Part shown: piece after piece, positions 1 to 13,786 of the stretch
Numbering within the stretch: the stretch's first letter is position 1
Layout: each line of letters opens with the position of its first letter
DNA from: Phoronis australis
Taxonomy: Eukaryota > Animalia > Phoronida
DNA length: 64,000 bases
NCBI GenBank assembly: GCA_002633005.1
Contig: NMRA01000376.1
Span: 230,383-294,382 of the forward strand
Reading direction: 5' to 3'
Translations under genes and position numbers: made by a program
The notes under the pieces: generated by a model
What the model was told of the DNA's origin: nothing
The model's input: the letters and a program-made list of their open reading frames with translations, nothing else
The model's database searches: none

Positions 1-1686
1 AAGCAATAAAGCATTGAATCTTGAGGTGAAACTCGTAGGCGAAAATGACGACGGAAGAGTGATATATTTTCGGGTTCCATTATAATTTCTGACTTTCTTA
101 TGCAGCTACTGCATAGCGAGTCTCTTTCTACTATGATTGTTGTCTCGTTATGAAAACACGAACGCGCATGGCTGCTTTCGAATGCCATGCATGTGGTTTC
201 CTGTTCATTGCATGTCACACGTCCGTTTCTCCTTAAGACAAGAATGGCTATACCAATAAGGTAGAAAGCTGTTTGTTGTAAAGATTATAATACATGTCAA
301 GTTTTACATTCAAATAACCAACACCTATATTTACAAGTATTTTACAATTAGCAAAAGCATTATGACTTGTCAACCCTTTATCAAATAGTATTGACAAGTT
401 AATCCGGATCAGTTAAAAAATTCATGTTTAATGCGACTTAACGGACCGGGATACACTAGATGGCTAAATACGCGAATTCAAGAAAGAAAGTGGGTTTATA
501 AACTTAAGTCGATATTTGGGATTAGATTACAGCCGATTAAACACAGCGTACACTTCTACAATTACTGTCGTAAAAAGCTACGAAACGTTTGTCAGTCACT
601 TATGTGAAAGTTAGAACTTTCATTATATTCTGTACAATATCGATGCTCTAGCAAATTGTTTAGTGACTTCCTATGGATTCCTTTTCAATTTACTGGTGCC
701 GTGAGTTAAGGAAAGCTGTTAAATGGGAAAGAGTTTAAAAATAACAATCGTATTTTATTTTACAAATATCAAACTTATTGATTCAATTTCCTCTTGTTTC
801 CATAGTGGCTCGCTGTATTTGAGTACACGTCACTGCCTTCTAATTTTCGTCTTTGTATTCACGATATAATAGAATTGAAAGTGCATACGGGATGGCATCG
901 AACAAAAAAAAATGGAGAAAATTTGTCAACAGTGGATTTCACGGTATCTCTGTTCGAATTGGTAACACGATCTGTTTAAGATACACGCAGCTGAGAGGGT
1001 TTTAGAACTTGAGTGAAGAGGTCGTTGTACAGGGTGACAGCGCTCATGTATTATGAGCGTTACTACTTGTTAGCGCATCTACTGTTTAGCAAGATCATGA
1101 CCCCAAGTTGTCGAACTTATCCATCAAACAATGTTTTTGTGATGCCGAACGCTCGCACGTATAGTAAAGTTTGTTCAAAGTCGAACAAAAATGTTTTAAG
1201 CCGTCTTTTTCCGTATTTTAAAGGCTTGCTGATTGCATTTGCTTTGTAGTAAGTTTTGAGAGCATAAACTATAAACTTTGATGACGAAGAAACCTAAGAT
1301 GAAACGAAATTTTCTGTTGGCTTATTTTTGCAGAAATAATGATGAACAATCATTTCAATTTTTCGCCCTTATGTGTTTTGAAGAAACTTTACCAAACCTT
1401 TAAACATAAGACACACATAATACTTGCGTTAATCGCAGAGGTACGCAGTCAAAATAGAAAATATAGAAACATTTTCTCATTGTTTTATTTTGGTTGAGTA
1501 GAGTTAAATTTAGTTATGTGGAGCCTATAACGTAGTTCACAAAACTGATAGATCTGCGGTGCGTGACAATTGAAAAAAAGCAGAAATTAGAACGAGAAGT
1601 TCCTGTCATTGCTTTTCCATTCTCATGAAGGACACAGCGGCATAGTACGCGTGTGCAAAAAATACATCATATACCGCACCACGTTT

Positions 1687-1793
1687 NNNNNNNNNNNNNN
1701 NNNNNNNNNNNNNNNNNNNNNNNNNNNNNNNNNNNNNNNNNNNNNNNNNNNNNNNNNNNNNNNNNNNNNNNNNNNNNNNNNNNNNNNNNNNNN
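1687..1793. other. Assembly gap (run of N)
   Basis: Contiguous N run, directly abutting an inverted-repeat element. Confidence 0.99.
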
Positions 1794-2065
1794 TCTGTTT
1801 CATGAAAAGCGACTTACGAGTTAATGAAAAATTTGGTCTTACGCCCCACGTAACTGTTTTTGAAAAATAATCAAATCTCAATTGAGTAAAAATTCAAAGA
1901 CTCTGGGAACTTTCACATAACTGCTAGTTACTGAGATAATTTCCACAAATTATTTTTATTCTGCAACGCGCTCATTTTCACGAGGCTAATTTTTTCAGCA
2001 ACCGCGAAGCGAAAACGTAAGACCAAATTTGTGTCGCAAGTCTTAAGTCACTTTCATAAAACAGA
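1794..2065. mobile_element. MITE-like foldback element
   Basis: Left TCTGTTTCATGAAAAGCGACTTACGA...AAATTTGGTCTTACG matches the reverse complement of right CGTAAGACCAAATTT...CTTAAGTCACTTTCATAAAACAGA. The left boundary is lost in the gap. Confidence 0.7.
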
Positions 2066-4969
2066 CGCCAGATAATGCTTGGGACTTAGGTGACATGAAA
2101 ACATCATCTTCTTTTATTCTATTAATTTATGGAAATAAATGGTAACATAAGCCTTCTTTAAAAATCCCCTGTGCAGTGAACATTGTCGTGTCCATTAAGC
2201 TAAGCATACTTCTTCAAGTGTTTGTTTTACAGCTGAGACCTGCTTTCCATGTTTACAATTTACAAGAGGTATAAAAAAACATGAGCCTGAAAAGAACTAA
2301 AAAATAAAACTAATCCCTCTCGTTCTGCCTCGGTTTATAGTTATAATGTCTGACTGGTTTTTATGAGCGGAATATTTGATCATCTGTAAATGAGAAAGGA
2401 GTATTTGATTTTACTCACACAAGTGCGAAATCAATTGAAGGGCATCAGACCTATTTTAAACTAATTGCCCATTTCATTGTGTGATTTGAATGGGACTTAA
2501 TTCTAAATATTTTAGCGTTCAATTCAAAGTGTAATGCGGAATACGGCAGGCTTTGATTGTCGGCTTTACAAGGAAACGGTTTATTGTTAAGAGAAAATTG
2601 TACGTCTTCTTGCACTTACAACAAAACTGGTGTTTAATTTGAGGTGATTTGTGTGAAATTAAAATTAGAAAACCGTAAACAATCATTGCGACATCAATTT
2701 AAATTGATTTTTGCAATTCGCACTGCACGCAGGGGTCATTATGAACTAATGACTAACCCTATGGCTTTATTTAAAACCAGTTTAACGATTTTGTCTTTGA
2801 ATCTATTTTTTAATGTTGTGATTCACTTTTATCTGTTCGTAATTTGCTGTTCTATGGTTTTCAAATCTGACCCAAGATAAACTCTGCAGCCACTGGTTCT
2901 AGCGAGAATCGCCACCATATCGTGTCACCATTTAGCGGTAGTGATGTCTTTGAGTAATCTGTTGGTCAAGCAACTTGTCGTATGCAATGGTACAAAACGT
3001 ATTTGAAGTGCAATGAATAAAATATAAAATATTGGTTTAGATTAATTAATAATTTCTACTACCCGGGCTGTCGGTGTGCCTGCATCTTTCAGTGATTTCG
3101 AGGGGGGATTTGCGCCTCCCCACTCCTTCCTCCACAGTCAGCTGTGTGTATGTTGCCGAGTGTGAGTCTGAACACAAACGTTTCTGAGTTAAAAGGCCAT
3201 GACGAAAAGTGCAGCGCCGGGATAGGCGTTGTTGGCGCTACAGCAAGGATTTGCACCCGTTTTGCTTAGAGTCACTGAAACATATGGATTTATACCTTAA
3301 ATTGTCTGAAATTGACCTACGCGTGTTATTCTCAGCAAGAGAAACCCACCTAGACAATCGTTTCACTTATTAGCCTCTTAAACGAAATGATAGCTGTTCC
3401 AGTAATCATGTCGGCCATTGTTGCGGTGTGCGCGTATAATAGCGCCATAATGTACTCACCCCTGGAGATGACCTTATACAATACACTGCCACAAATGTGC
3501 AGTTCTCTAGAGTGTCCGTCACATCTCACACACTCCTGTCTAGACTCACAAACAAGCTCACGTGTTCATCGAAACAGAAATGGTCGAGTATTGGAAAGAA
3601 TTTCATTAAAATGGCATCCATCGCCGTCGCAGAAACTTTTACGTTTTGTTTAGGGATAGACACATTTGTGTGATACTTGTCAAAATGACAAACCCACACA
3701 TATTAGACAGCAAATATATATTGGCAGCAAAAGTCACACGTTGGTATAAAATATTTTATGCCTTGCAATTTCGCCAATGAATGTTCAACTTTTTTCGGAA
3801 CTGTGAATTCGAATACCGGCTCTTAACGTTCGCGAAGGTTGTGTAGCTAATTCGACAACATAGTTGCATGTATTCTGGTGTCGGTTCAGTGGTCAACTTG
3901 ACCGCGTTAGGCTAAGATATGTTCTGAATGAAAAATGCTTTGCGGTGATTTTGCTTCATTAAATAAACAATAAAATGTACGGCGAGACTGACAGTGAGTA
4001 ACTTGTGAAATTGTCCAGCATTCTTTTGGTTTCCTCGAATTAAACTAAGTTATATAAGTACATGTGTCGCGACAGCTTAAATTAGACAATAGAGAATGCA
4101 GATAATAAGATTTCTAGAAACTTTGGCATAAAAAATAAGAAAGCTTATTTTATAACGACTACATAAACAGGTACCCTGTCTCGTATTGAATTAAATTCCA
4201 GTTCTCTTTACAAATTTAGGATTGTTTTCGTTGCGGATTATGAGTATTTTTATTAAAACCTTACTTTCAAAATGTATTCCAAGCTATTCCCTTCAACAAC
4301 CTGGTGTGGTAGAAAAACACGACAAGATAGTTCGAAGTGACTTTACCTCCGCCAAAAAAGTAAAAGTTTTGGCACGTGTATGTTGTAGTGTTTCTCATAT
4401 TTAGTTACTATTCTATTTCGTTTATTTTATTTTGTTCAATTATATTTTATTTCATCTGAGAGTATGCATGTATGTTTTTAGATGTCACGGCAAGTCAATA
4501 AAGAAAAAGAAAATGTCTGACTTAATTATATTATATAGATCATCTCACAAAATACATAACTGGTAAATAACAATAAGAAACGAAACAAATAAAAATATAA
4601 GAACTGACCACGTACAAGTGCACACACCAACATATCATGGGATGTTCAATCACTGCTGATTTTAACTTGGTCAGAGAATGGTGTTTCTAAATAAAAAATA
4701 TCGGCTACTATAGTAATAATTCTTTTTAGTACTAGAACAGCGTCAGTGCTTTACAGGGACTGTGTTCCACCATTTTGTAGGTAAACGAGGAGGCACCCTG
4801 AAGAGTCACCAGTCGTTGAACCTTAACATTACACAAAATTTACTTGAAGTGTAGTCAAATTTTCAGGAAGGTTTTAGAAATTTTGGCAAACAGAGAAAAC
4901 AATTATCACATATTCAAATCAACTTAAAACATCAAATACACATAAAAGATAAACAGACAGGATGGTCAA

Positions 4970-4975
4970 TTTATT
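4970..4975 (-). terminator. Candidate Irx polyadenylation signal (AATAAA)
   Basis: AATAAA on the minus strand followed by a GU/U-rich downstream tract (CTGTCTGTTTATCTTTTATGTGTATTTGATGTTTT), ~500 nt past the 5470 acceptor. Confidence 0.4.
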
Positions 4976-5450
4976 TTTTTTCTTTCTCAAGACATTTGTG
5001 TGCTGATGAAGACTCCAAAGTTAACACTGTTTAATTATCAGATTGGAACCAATGACGTCAGGTTACAGGGAAGAAGTTTGAAATCCTTCACCGGACAGGT
5101 TTCCCATTTTTACAACTGAACACATGATATCAATAGTCGTCTTTTACCCTACACAGTTAAGTTCCTTGACGGTATCCATTTATACGCAGCACAAAATACG
5201 TCCACATATATATAAACACACAAAATCACATTTGCGTAGAAAGTAAAATGTATAACTTTGGATAAGTGGCAAACAAGTGTCATGGAGACTCCGACGATAT
5301 CAGCGAAACTGTTCGAAATTGCAGGCGCACGACCAGAACTGTAAGTGCACGAGTCTTTTGATTCCACCAGCAGTGGGGCGCGAGGCTGGTTCGCCAGATA
5401 TCGCGGTTGACTAGATAACTCAACATGGAGTCCAAACGGAATCTATGTCT

Positions 5451-5470
5451 TTATTGCAGACGGAAATGAC
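5451..5470 (-). CDS. Irx: Candidate Irx terminal exon B, coding part (GHFRLQ* if spliced from 7249), followed by 3' UTR
   Basis: Strong acceptor ttgttttgctctcattctag|GTCATT, then UTR-like sequence and AATAAA at 4975-4970. No conserved peptide confirms it. Confidence 0.4.
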
Positions 5471-5581
5471 CTAGAATGAGAGCAAAACAACTTGTTGTAC
5501 AATATGTTGAGTTAATTACGAAAACTGTCCATAAGAGATGACTTCTCCACAGCACCGTTAGGCTTTTCGAACAAGTGATAA

Positions 5582-5737
5582 CAGTGGCGGATTTAGAGGG
5601 GGTCAAGGGGCCATCCCCCCTAACATTCTCCCAGATTCCATTTGGCAGTTAGAGGGTGCGAATGTCTGACGGGGAAAACTCCTGGCTTATGCTCTGCCCT
5701 GCCCCTCTCCCAACTCAAAATCCTGGATCCGCCCCTG
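5582..5737. mobile_element. Non-autonomous DNA transposon (MITE), CAG...CTG ends, 5-bp TSD
   Basis: TIRs CAGTGGCGGATTTAG / CTGGATCCGCCCCTG, flanked by perfect GATAA duplication (5577-5581, 5738-5742). Confidence 0.85.
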
Positions 5738-5761
5738 GATAATGAGACTTTTCTTAGAATC

Positions 5762-6072
5762 CAGTGACAGACTTAGGGGGGAGGGCCAAGGGGGCTATGC
5801 CCCCCTAAAATTCTCCCTGATACCATTTGGCAGTCCGGGGTGTGAATTGCTGACCAGCATATGTGCGCACCAGGGGGCTCGGGGGCGAATGCACAATGCA
5901 TAGACCTTGAACAAACTCTGTTTACCGTTTTTTTTTTGGTAATAAGGTCCAAAAATCCAAAAATTCGAGACGTCTGCATCCCTACATTTTAGGCTGGGCG
6001 CGCGCATTTGGCAAAATTTTGGTTATTCCTGTTCTCTGGCCCCCCCTAACTCAAAATCCTGGATTCGCCCTG
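5762..6072. mobile_element. Second, longer copy of the same MITE family, 5-bp TSD
   Basis: CAGTGACAGACTTAG ... CTGGATTCGCCCTG. Shares internal blocks with 5582-5737 (CCCCCTAA.ATTCTCCC.GAT.CCATTTGGCAGT; AACTCAAAATCCTGGAT). GAATC is duplicated at 5757-5761 and 6073-6077. Confidence 0.85.
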
Positions 6073-6826
6073 GAATCTCAGCACAGAAATTCCATTTCCG
6101 GCTAAACATTTAACAACCTCTATAAACGCTGAACATCAAAACAAAACTTGTTCCAAGTCAAAACAAGTAACTGGCACTACAATATTTAAATGTAAAAGGT
6201 CACATACCCTTTAACAACTGGTCTAAATGCTGTGGTAGCTGACGTGGTTTTATCACTAGATGGCAGACTGTGCTCACTTTTTCTCTCGTCTGCAAAACAA
6301 AGAACTGCTGAAGTGCGTCACGTGTTAATCAAGGTTCCAGCTACAAACATTTGACAACCTGGCACCTAAACAATGAAGACAACAGATGTCGCTAGTACAA
6401 ATGTCACGAAAGAGCGGTTTCGAGACATTATTTTTAGCTCAAGTCATCGAGATTAATCACGTGTTAAAAGAAACTTTTTTGAAAAATTAACAATTCAAAG
6501 GACAATTTTAATAGAACATCAATAAATTACTGGTGTATCAGATTTGGGAACAAGTTTCCTGCCTGTTAAATGGTAGAAGAACTTCACTGAAATACGGGAT
6601 CACTTCATTTTACCAATTCTGAATACAGTGCAGTTTACTGAATACAAGTTGCCACGACTTTGCTTAGTCGTGTTTTCTTTACAAACGAACCAAAGCAAAT
6701 CAATGCGCTGCGGGTTGCTGCCACAACTTGTGTTTTTATCAGTTACCGCGAGTTCATGACATGTTCAGTGGAGATATTCGCGGCAGGATACGTAGAAAAA
6801 GTGCTTGTAAAACAGCGAGATTTATC

Positions 6827-6930
6827 TTATGAGCGCGTTGTTACACAATTCGTGTTTGTTGTAATCTCTCGCGGAGGAACAAGGTCACGGCGGATTTTGA
6901 TAGGGCAACGACTGCTCAGCCCCTGAACTG
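6827..6930 (-). CDS. Irx: Candidate Irx terminal exon A (AVQGLSSRCPIKIRRDLVPPREITTNTNCVTTRS*)
   Basis: Acceptor tttccatcctcaatgcag|CAG (NAGNAG). Open for 34 codons in the phase-1 frame demanded by exon 5. The peptide is not recognisably conserved. Confidence 0.4.
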
Positions 6931-7248
6931 CTGCATTGAGGATGGAAACTCTACACACGATTGAAATGAACAATTTAGTTTTGCCAGATTGGCATTGTTT
7001 GATATTGAAATTCGTGGCCCTTGCCTTTTAATCAACCAGGTCCTTGGATAAAAAAAATTGAAGATGAAACATGGGTTTAAGAAATGCAAACTAAACAGAG
7101 GTGATTGAGCGGTTTTTATACTTCAGCACTAAAATGAAAACAGACTGATAGTTCGAAAATAAGATTCAGCACAAGAAAATAGGATTATAAGATGCAATAT
7201 GACTGTTGTGTACTGATTCGACAAAAATAAATAAACAAAAGCACCTAC

Positions 7249-7779
7249 CAGAAATAGAACTTGTTGGTAACCTTGACAGAGCCGGTGGGTAACGTATGGA
7301 TGATGGTAGAGGCGTAGCTATTTTGGTCGATGCCCCAGTACTGGGAGTACCCCCCGGCAATGAAGAGGTGGTCGTGGTGTGCGCTATAGGAGGGAATGAA
7401 TACGGATGTGGCAATCGAAGATGAGTTGGATACCGTCCGTCTACCCAGTGACTCAGTGTGTGGATCGCCGACGGATAGGGCTGTCCCGGCTTTGGACTTG
7501 TAGGGAATGCTGTCGAAATGGGTGACTTCCTGTCGTTGTTACCCGATGTAGCGACGTGTGCCAGCGACCATATACGCGGTTTGACCGGGCTCGGGCTTTT
7601 CCGCGATTCTTTGGTCGCTGTTGGTGTCGAGGAAGATGGCGTTGCTGGCCTGTGTGTCTGTTTGTCAGGACTATTTTCTTCTGGTGTGGGTGTGTGACGT
7701 GGACTAGACGGCGGTGGTGTGGATCTATCGTTACTGTGGACTGAAAGGTCGCGAAGGTCATCGTCTTCCTTATCGGAAT
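7249..7779 (-). CDS. Irx: Irx coding exon 5: acidic, Pro/Ser/Thr-rich region with IRO box
   Basis: Acceptor cccatttcag|AT (phase 1, G+AT=Asp matches exon 4). Contains KPRIWSLAHVAT (IRO box, 7582-7547). Donor G|gtaggt. Confidence 0.93.
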
Positions 7780-10700
7780 CTGAAATGGGAGTGGGACATT
7801 TCAACATACGCCCATTTGATAACAAAATGTAGAAATGAAAATGCAAATCAAAATGTCGACACAGCTGATAACAAGTATCATTTAACACGTCACTCTCAAT
7901 TTCAGTTTATTTCTTCACCTTAAAAGAGGGTTTGTTCAAGCCCGATGTTTAGGTTTGCATTTGTATGACAGCAACTTCAACCTTTCAACGAAATTCTCCA
8001 CTTTCGTTAGTCTTAAGGTCTACTTGTGTTGGTTCAGAGTGTCTCCGCATTTAATTCAATAATTGTTTTACAAGAAACATAGGATAAAGAATTCATTTAG
8101 CTAATAGCCACCATATTGAAGACTTCAAAGCTAAAAGACACCTAAAAATTAAATTGTCTTATTCCCATGACTGCATCATAATTAATCAGCAGTTATTGAA
8201 TGCACTGCTCGTCAATTAGAAAACTGTTTGACGATACTGGCTCGGTTTTCCCAACGACGTGGCAGATGATGCGCCTGTACACGACACGTCATCCGTGTAT
8301 GTCTGGCTTTCAACATGTATGTTGCAGAGGCAAGTAAACCGGACTACCAGCGTTATTTTGATTCTGCCTAATTAAGCTAATAAATTAAAGTGGTTGCATG
8401 TAAATAGCGTGCGACTCCCGTTAAATAACGTGGCTACTAAAGAGCCTTAAGAACACTTATAAGGATCAAACAGAAATTTACAAATGTGCGTAATCAATTT
8501 TATACAAAACCCTATTAGAATGCCGCTACAGTGGTAAATCAATAGGCAACCTGCATGAGAAGTTAAACTCCTTGTCGCAGGCGGATGTTTAAAATAGTCA
8601 TATTGTCAATATTTTATATTTGAACAACGTGTCAGACAGCATCTCACATGTTTTTTACGTTTGACTTTTTACGCGGCTATGATCCCATTGAAACTGAACA
8701 ATGGAATAGCGAAAAGTACACGTTTTCGCGTTGGCTGACACAATAGCGAAAATTTGTGGAAACAGGCGGTGTAGTGGAAAACTAGAATATAAACAGCCCG
8801 AGGCAGTTTAACAGTGTGTTTGGTGTTAAGGAGCCACGTGAAATGGTCTGAGAAAACACGCTACCAGTGACCTTGGAAACCAACAGTTTGTGATTATTTA
8901 CACCTAAAAACAAGAACGCATTCCGATCGTACACGGCAGTACGAAAAGGCATTCGATTTCGATGGCGACTTGATCAAGTTTGGCGCGTATACATGAATAA
9001 ACTTCAATATTTAAAACAATGTATCCGTCGTCGTTCAAACCTAAATTTGAGTTAAGATAACTGACCTTCATGAAATCGGTCTACACTTGTTCCTTACTCA
9101 GAATATAAACGACTCCTCGGCTTGGGAAGACCTGACAGTTCGTTATTGCTTGAGGCAATGCTCAGCGCATAAAATGACCTGCCGGATAAACCCAATTTAT
9201 TGAGGCTGTTCTCAAACAATAGCGAACTGTCAATACTTCCAAAAATAACGTCTTATCTCAGTAAAAACACTCTGACACCAATTGTACAACGTTTATAGGT
9301 GGCATTAGTAAAAAAACACTTTTTTATCAGAAGACGGGGTACAAAGTGGTGAAAGTTTCTGAAGCAAATTTAGTTCTAGGTTTTATGCAATACAGTTTAC
9401 CATTTCGAAGTAGCTTGCGCATAGAAAAACTCACTACTCCAGGCAATTTCAAATCTATACATATATGCATGTTGTGGAAATGCAAACCGATGTATATCCC
9501 CATTCAATGCTATCATTTAATATTTCAACCAGGTTAATTTATAAGCATGTGTTGAACTTTTTGTTTGTGGGTTATAAAACACAGTCTATTGAAATATTTA
9601 TGTCATAAAGTCTGCAATCAGTGTCTAAGTTAAAACTCAAAGGGATAATTCAGTGATCATTTTTTCTACGGTAGAAGGCACAGTGACGCAAAAAAATAAT
9701 AAATTTGCGCGAATCAAAAATAGTGTTGGCGTTATTTAAAATTCTCTTTAAACTACGTAAGCAGTTACGCTATTTTGATTTGAAATCAAAGACACGAGGA
9801 AAGACGCGAGAATATTCGAATGGGAAATGTCTATTACAAGACAATTAAAGTCTTTAACTGAATGAGACACTATTACTTTTTTGATGTGGCCTGCCTAGTG
9901 CGGAATAGTGTACATTATCAAATGTTGTTTGCTTCGCCAATTAAAAACAGGTCATGTTATGTCGTTAATTAAAATTTAATGAGCACGTGAGCGTTTCAGA
10001 ACAATTGTTAACTGATGATTACAATTAATCAAATCGTTGAATAATTTGTCTGGTCGTGTAAATTATTTCATTGTAAATAATTCATCACCAACAAGTCAAA
10101 TTCAAATAGAAACATATGGTTACCGTGTTAATTATTTTACATAATTTCTTTGAAGCTGGCGCTAGGGGGATTTTAACGACAACTTGGGGAATAATTTTAA
10201 CACTAACCTACCTTTGTAAAAATTTAGTTTCAGTCACGCTATGGGGAAACTAAAGGTTATTCCTACTGTCGTTTTCGGGCACATTTTAGCTCATTGAATA
10301 TCTAAATTTAAAACGCAAAGCTTTTACACCGTATGTCCGTATACGATGGAAAACCCAAGTGAATAATAACAAAAACTTCTAGTACACACATACAAAATGC
10401 GAATGTGTTTCTCCATAACGCGTGCAGGTACACAGGTCAGAGTTCAATTAATTGCAGGTCCCGCGGATTTGTAGTAACTCAGCAAACTCGTTGTTTCCAT
10501 TAATAGAGTAGTCACTAACCATGAGAACAGCCACTCAAGAGCAGGGACTTAGCTGAAGTTTAGTACTATCAAGAATTAGTAAAAATATTGACCAAGCGCT
10601 AATCCGCGCTAGCGTCTGATTCGCCGGATATTCACTAGAGTCGATGCAATGTGGTCCTTTATCTCAATCTCGATATTAATACAAAATTAAATACACAATA

Positions 10701-12545
10701 ACCGAACCTCTTGAGGCTAATGGACCAAATGTCAAAATTCTATCTTGATCCTATGTTGATGTACGACATAGTAACACAGGGAAATATGTCTAATTCGCTG
10801 ACAATTGAAAATAAAAGTTAGCGTGTTGCAGCTGATCGGGATTATACTTAGGGTGTATGTCCACATCTCGAATGTTCATGAGAGGACACGGGATCAGTCC
10901 TACACTACAGTGAATGTTCAAGAGCTATAAGGGAACCTTTCGAGTCCTATTGCACCCAACTTATGTTTAATAAATATTGCAGTCTTTTGATTCACGAATC
11001 TTCAACTAAAACAACTGCAATACTACCAACAGAGGCAGTGTTCAAGTGATTTGTCCCTAGCTAAGCCACGTCCCCCCTCCACACATAAACAGTGGTGATG
11101 ATTTCAAAATAATGAGTTAATAAATAAAATGATAGATAGGTAAACTAAGTAGCACACAGATTTATCGTTTAATTCATTGTGGCACGAATATAAATACCAT
11201 ATGACCAATGCTACAGTAAATTAGTGTATTAGCGTCATACTACCAATATTGTTACCGATTATATAATTAATGTAGGCCTACAGCTGACACAAGGAACCTC
11301 GGGTATCAACTAAGTAAATCTTGATAAATTTTTAAAAACTGGCATACCAAAGGACACTAAGACAAAAGAAGACTTTTCTCAAATCGAAAAATAAGAAACT
11401 GGCCCTGGTCGCGTTTTGTCTGATTATTTAAGCATTTTTTTTAAGCACGAGAATAAACCACGACTATTTGGAATCTATATTTCAGAGAAAAGCTAGTGCG
11501 AGGAATGTGGCTGGAAAATGCTAGCAGTTATCATTTCTGTCCACAAATGTTTACAATTTGAAAGTTTCGTATTGATCTGTAATGCATCAGCACTTCAAAC
11601 ACACATGTTGTGCTGGTTTCCATAGGAACACTCTTCCTAATCAAGACGTGGTTGATATCGAAACACATCAGTTGTGTATATTCGATTTTTCCTGGAGTTT
11701 TAGTTTCGGCAAACTCAACCTAAAATTTACTGCACTATCGTTTTTCTTTTAATCTTTTTAGGTTACGCGAGTTTATCGATTAACCTTACGAATGCAGGAT
11801 TAAATAAAGTATTATCTGTACGGACAAAAATCAGGCATGCCAAGTTATCATTTTGCATAACCGACTGTTGGGTTAGGGACGTAGTCTTTTCACCGATACA
11901 ACAACTGTTCAAATAATAAATAAGGGCCTCCTATGTTCAAGAATTACCAAAATTGACCCAATCTAAGAAAAACAATAACCACAGTTCAGACCTTCATAGG
12001 GGCATCCTGGAAGGTCAAGTTATTTAACGAAGGAATTCGAATTTTAATACTGTGAAATTGAATGAATGAGTGCGAACAAGAGGACATCACGCACTGTTGT
12101 TATTTAAACTCGCGCACCTGCGCAATGATGCCTTCATTACAACAAGATTAATTACCAATACTATTCAGGTGTTCAAATAAGTGCAACTTGGATCAGTTAA
12201 GGTTAAAATAATTAAATTCCAAGTCCACAACTTAGAAAATAAAATCATTTGTGAAATGTGCATGACTAACACATGCTGGGATGAACATTTTTTATATTTT
12301 AATTACCTGTAACATGATTCTATTTCATGATATAAAATAGTTTTGCACTGTCATAAAACAGTAAAAATATTACTTTTTTTCAAAGAAATGAAATGTTTTG
12401 TTATTCCTGGTGGATTTTTCAAAGTAATAACGTGAAATAGTTTTTGAATCATAAATTATGTAAAAGCATAACAATCTGTCTTCACTTGTAAATGTAAACA
12501 TATGCTTGCCTTGTACATTTAGGCACAGGGTGATCTAAATAACAC

Positions 12546-12845
12546 TGAAGGGACACAATCAGTTTTACGACAGAAAAACGTATTTTAAGTATTATTTATT
12601 GTTGGGTGAGATATACCTCTTGAAGTTATTACCTTTCACCACATAAAACAAAAAATCCGTAATGTTTGTGATTTTACTACAAATTGTCAATTGTCGCTGT
12701 TCGCTCAGATCAAGGTCGGTGACTGTACCATTTTATCCGCTATCTATCGAGTGGAGTTAGTTCCGCCAGCAAAACGTTTTACTAGCACGACGGGGATTGT
12801 GAGTTCGATTAGCGTCCTAGTTTATCTCAGAAATTACTTCTTTCG
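12546..12845 (+). mobile_element. Copy 1 of TTAAAGGGAC-ended repeat family with internal tRNA-like module (Irx intron 4)
   Basis: Colinear similarity to the reverse complement of 24640-24987 (AAGGGACA.AATC.GTTTTACGAC.GAAAAAC; CTTGAAGTTATT; GCTATCTATC...TTAG.TCCGC.AGC...GAGTTCGA). Confidence 0.75.
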
Positions 12846-12893
12846 ACGATAATACCACATTGTAAGCTATCCACAGTTGATCAAGTGACCTAC

Positions 12894-13195
12894 CTAAATC
12901 TTTGTCATCAACGTCACTGTCCCCGTCTTTGCCGTCACCGTCTTCGTCCTCATCCCCACAGCGATTCCTCGGTGACCACGTCATCTTATTCTCTTTCTTC
13001 AGACGTCTACGAGCGTTAGCGAACCACGTAGAGACCTGAGTCAGTGTCATTTTCGTAATTATTGCTAACATGATTTTTTCGCCCTTTGTGGGGTAAGGAT
13101 TTTTCCTGTGTTCGTATAACCATGCCTTCAACGTGCTTGTGGTCTCCCTTGTGGCATTTTTTCGCCGCGCTTGATTGAGATCCATGCCAGCATAC
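12894..13195 (-). CDS. Irx: Irx coding exon 4: TALE homeodomain plus acidic tract
   Basis: [69 protein letters not shown] is the diagnostic Iroquois homeodomain (PYP TALE loop, WFANARRR with Ala50). Acceptor tttcag|G (phase 2), donor G|gtaggt (phase 1). Confidence 0.98.
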
Positions 13196-13786
13196 CTGAA
13201 ACATGTTTTGTCTATTCTTGATGCCTACACCAATGTCTACAAAATGTAATTGAACCGTCATACGAATCTATTTTCGTTTTTTTTTTTTTTCAAACAACGA
13301 CGTCTCATCGCGCGAAATTTGCTGATAAGATTAATGTGCTACAATTAAAAAGAGGGGTAATATTTGCGTCATTTAAAACTTCTCACACTGGTGAAATATT
13401 GTTCGAGGATAATAATCCGCGATCAAATTTATTCTGTATTAACGAAAACGACACACCAAGTACGTGTAGCACCGAGGGATATTTTCAAAATAACTTCCAA
13501 GGAACATTAGCAGCATCAATCGATACCTTTCGCTATATTTTTGTGTACAATGTGGCTGCACAAATAGTCAAACTGATTTGTACCGTACGAGCAATGACAA
13601 TCATTGCTAAAATTTCTTCAACAACACATGATGAAATACAACGCTATGTGGAATATCTACTGTTTACTCGTGTATCAACGCGTACAGAGTTCACTAAAGT
13701 GAACTGGTCGGCGCAACCGAGTGCTAAATCCAAGTTTCCGCTCTTTTTACATACAAAAACGTGATAGTACTGAGAATAACACTTAC

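Noticed and set aside
1606-1881. ORFs spanning the N gap
   Set aside because: Artefacts of undetermined bases.
5000-5035. Second hammerhead (CTGATGAAGAC...)
   Set aside because: No GAAA box or stem II closure follows.
7453-7761. Overlapping 102-aa ORF and antisense ORFs
   Set aside because: Shadow frames of the GC-richer Irx exon 5.
12817-12893. ORF-track extension of the homeobox exon ([12 protein letters not shown]...)
   Set aside because: Read-through past a good donor into intronic repeat sequence.
13336-13764. 142-aa + strand ORF
   Set aside because: Antisense within Irx intron 3, starts at GTG, no domain; probably chance.
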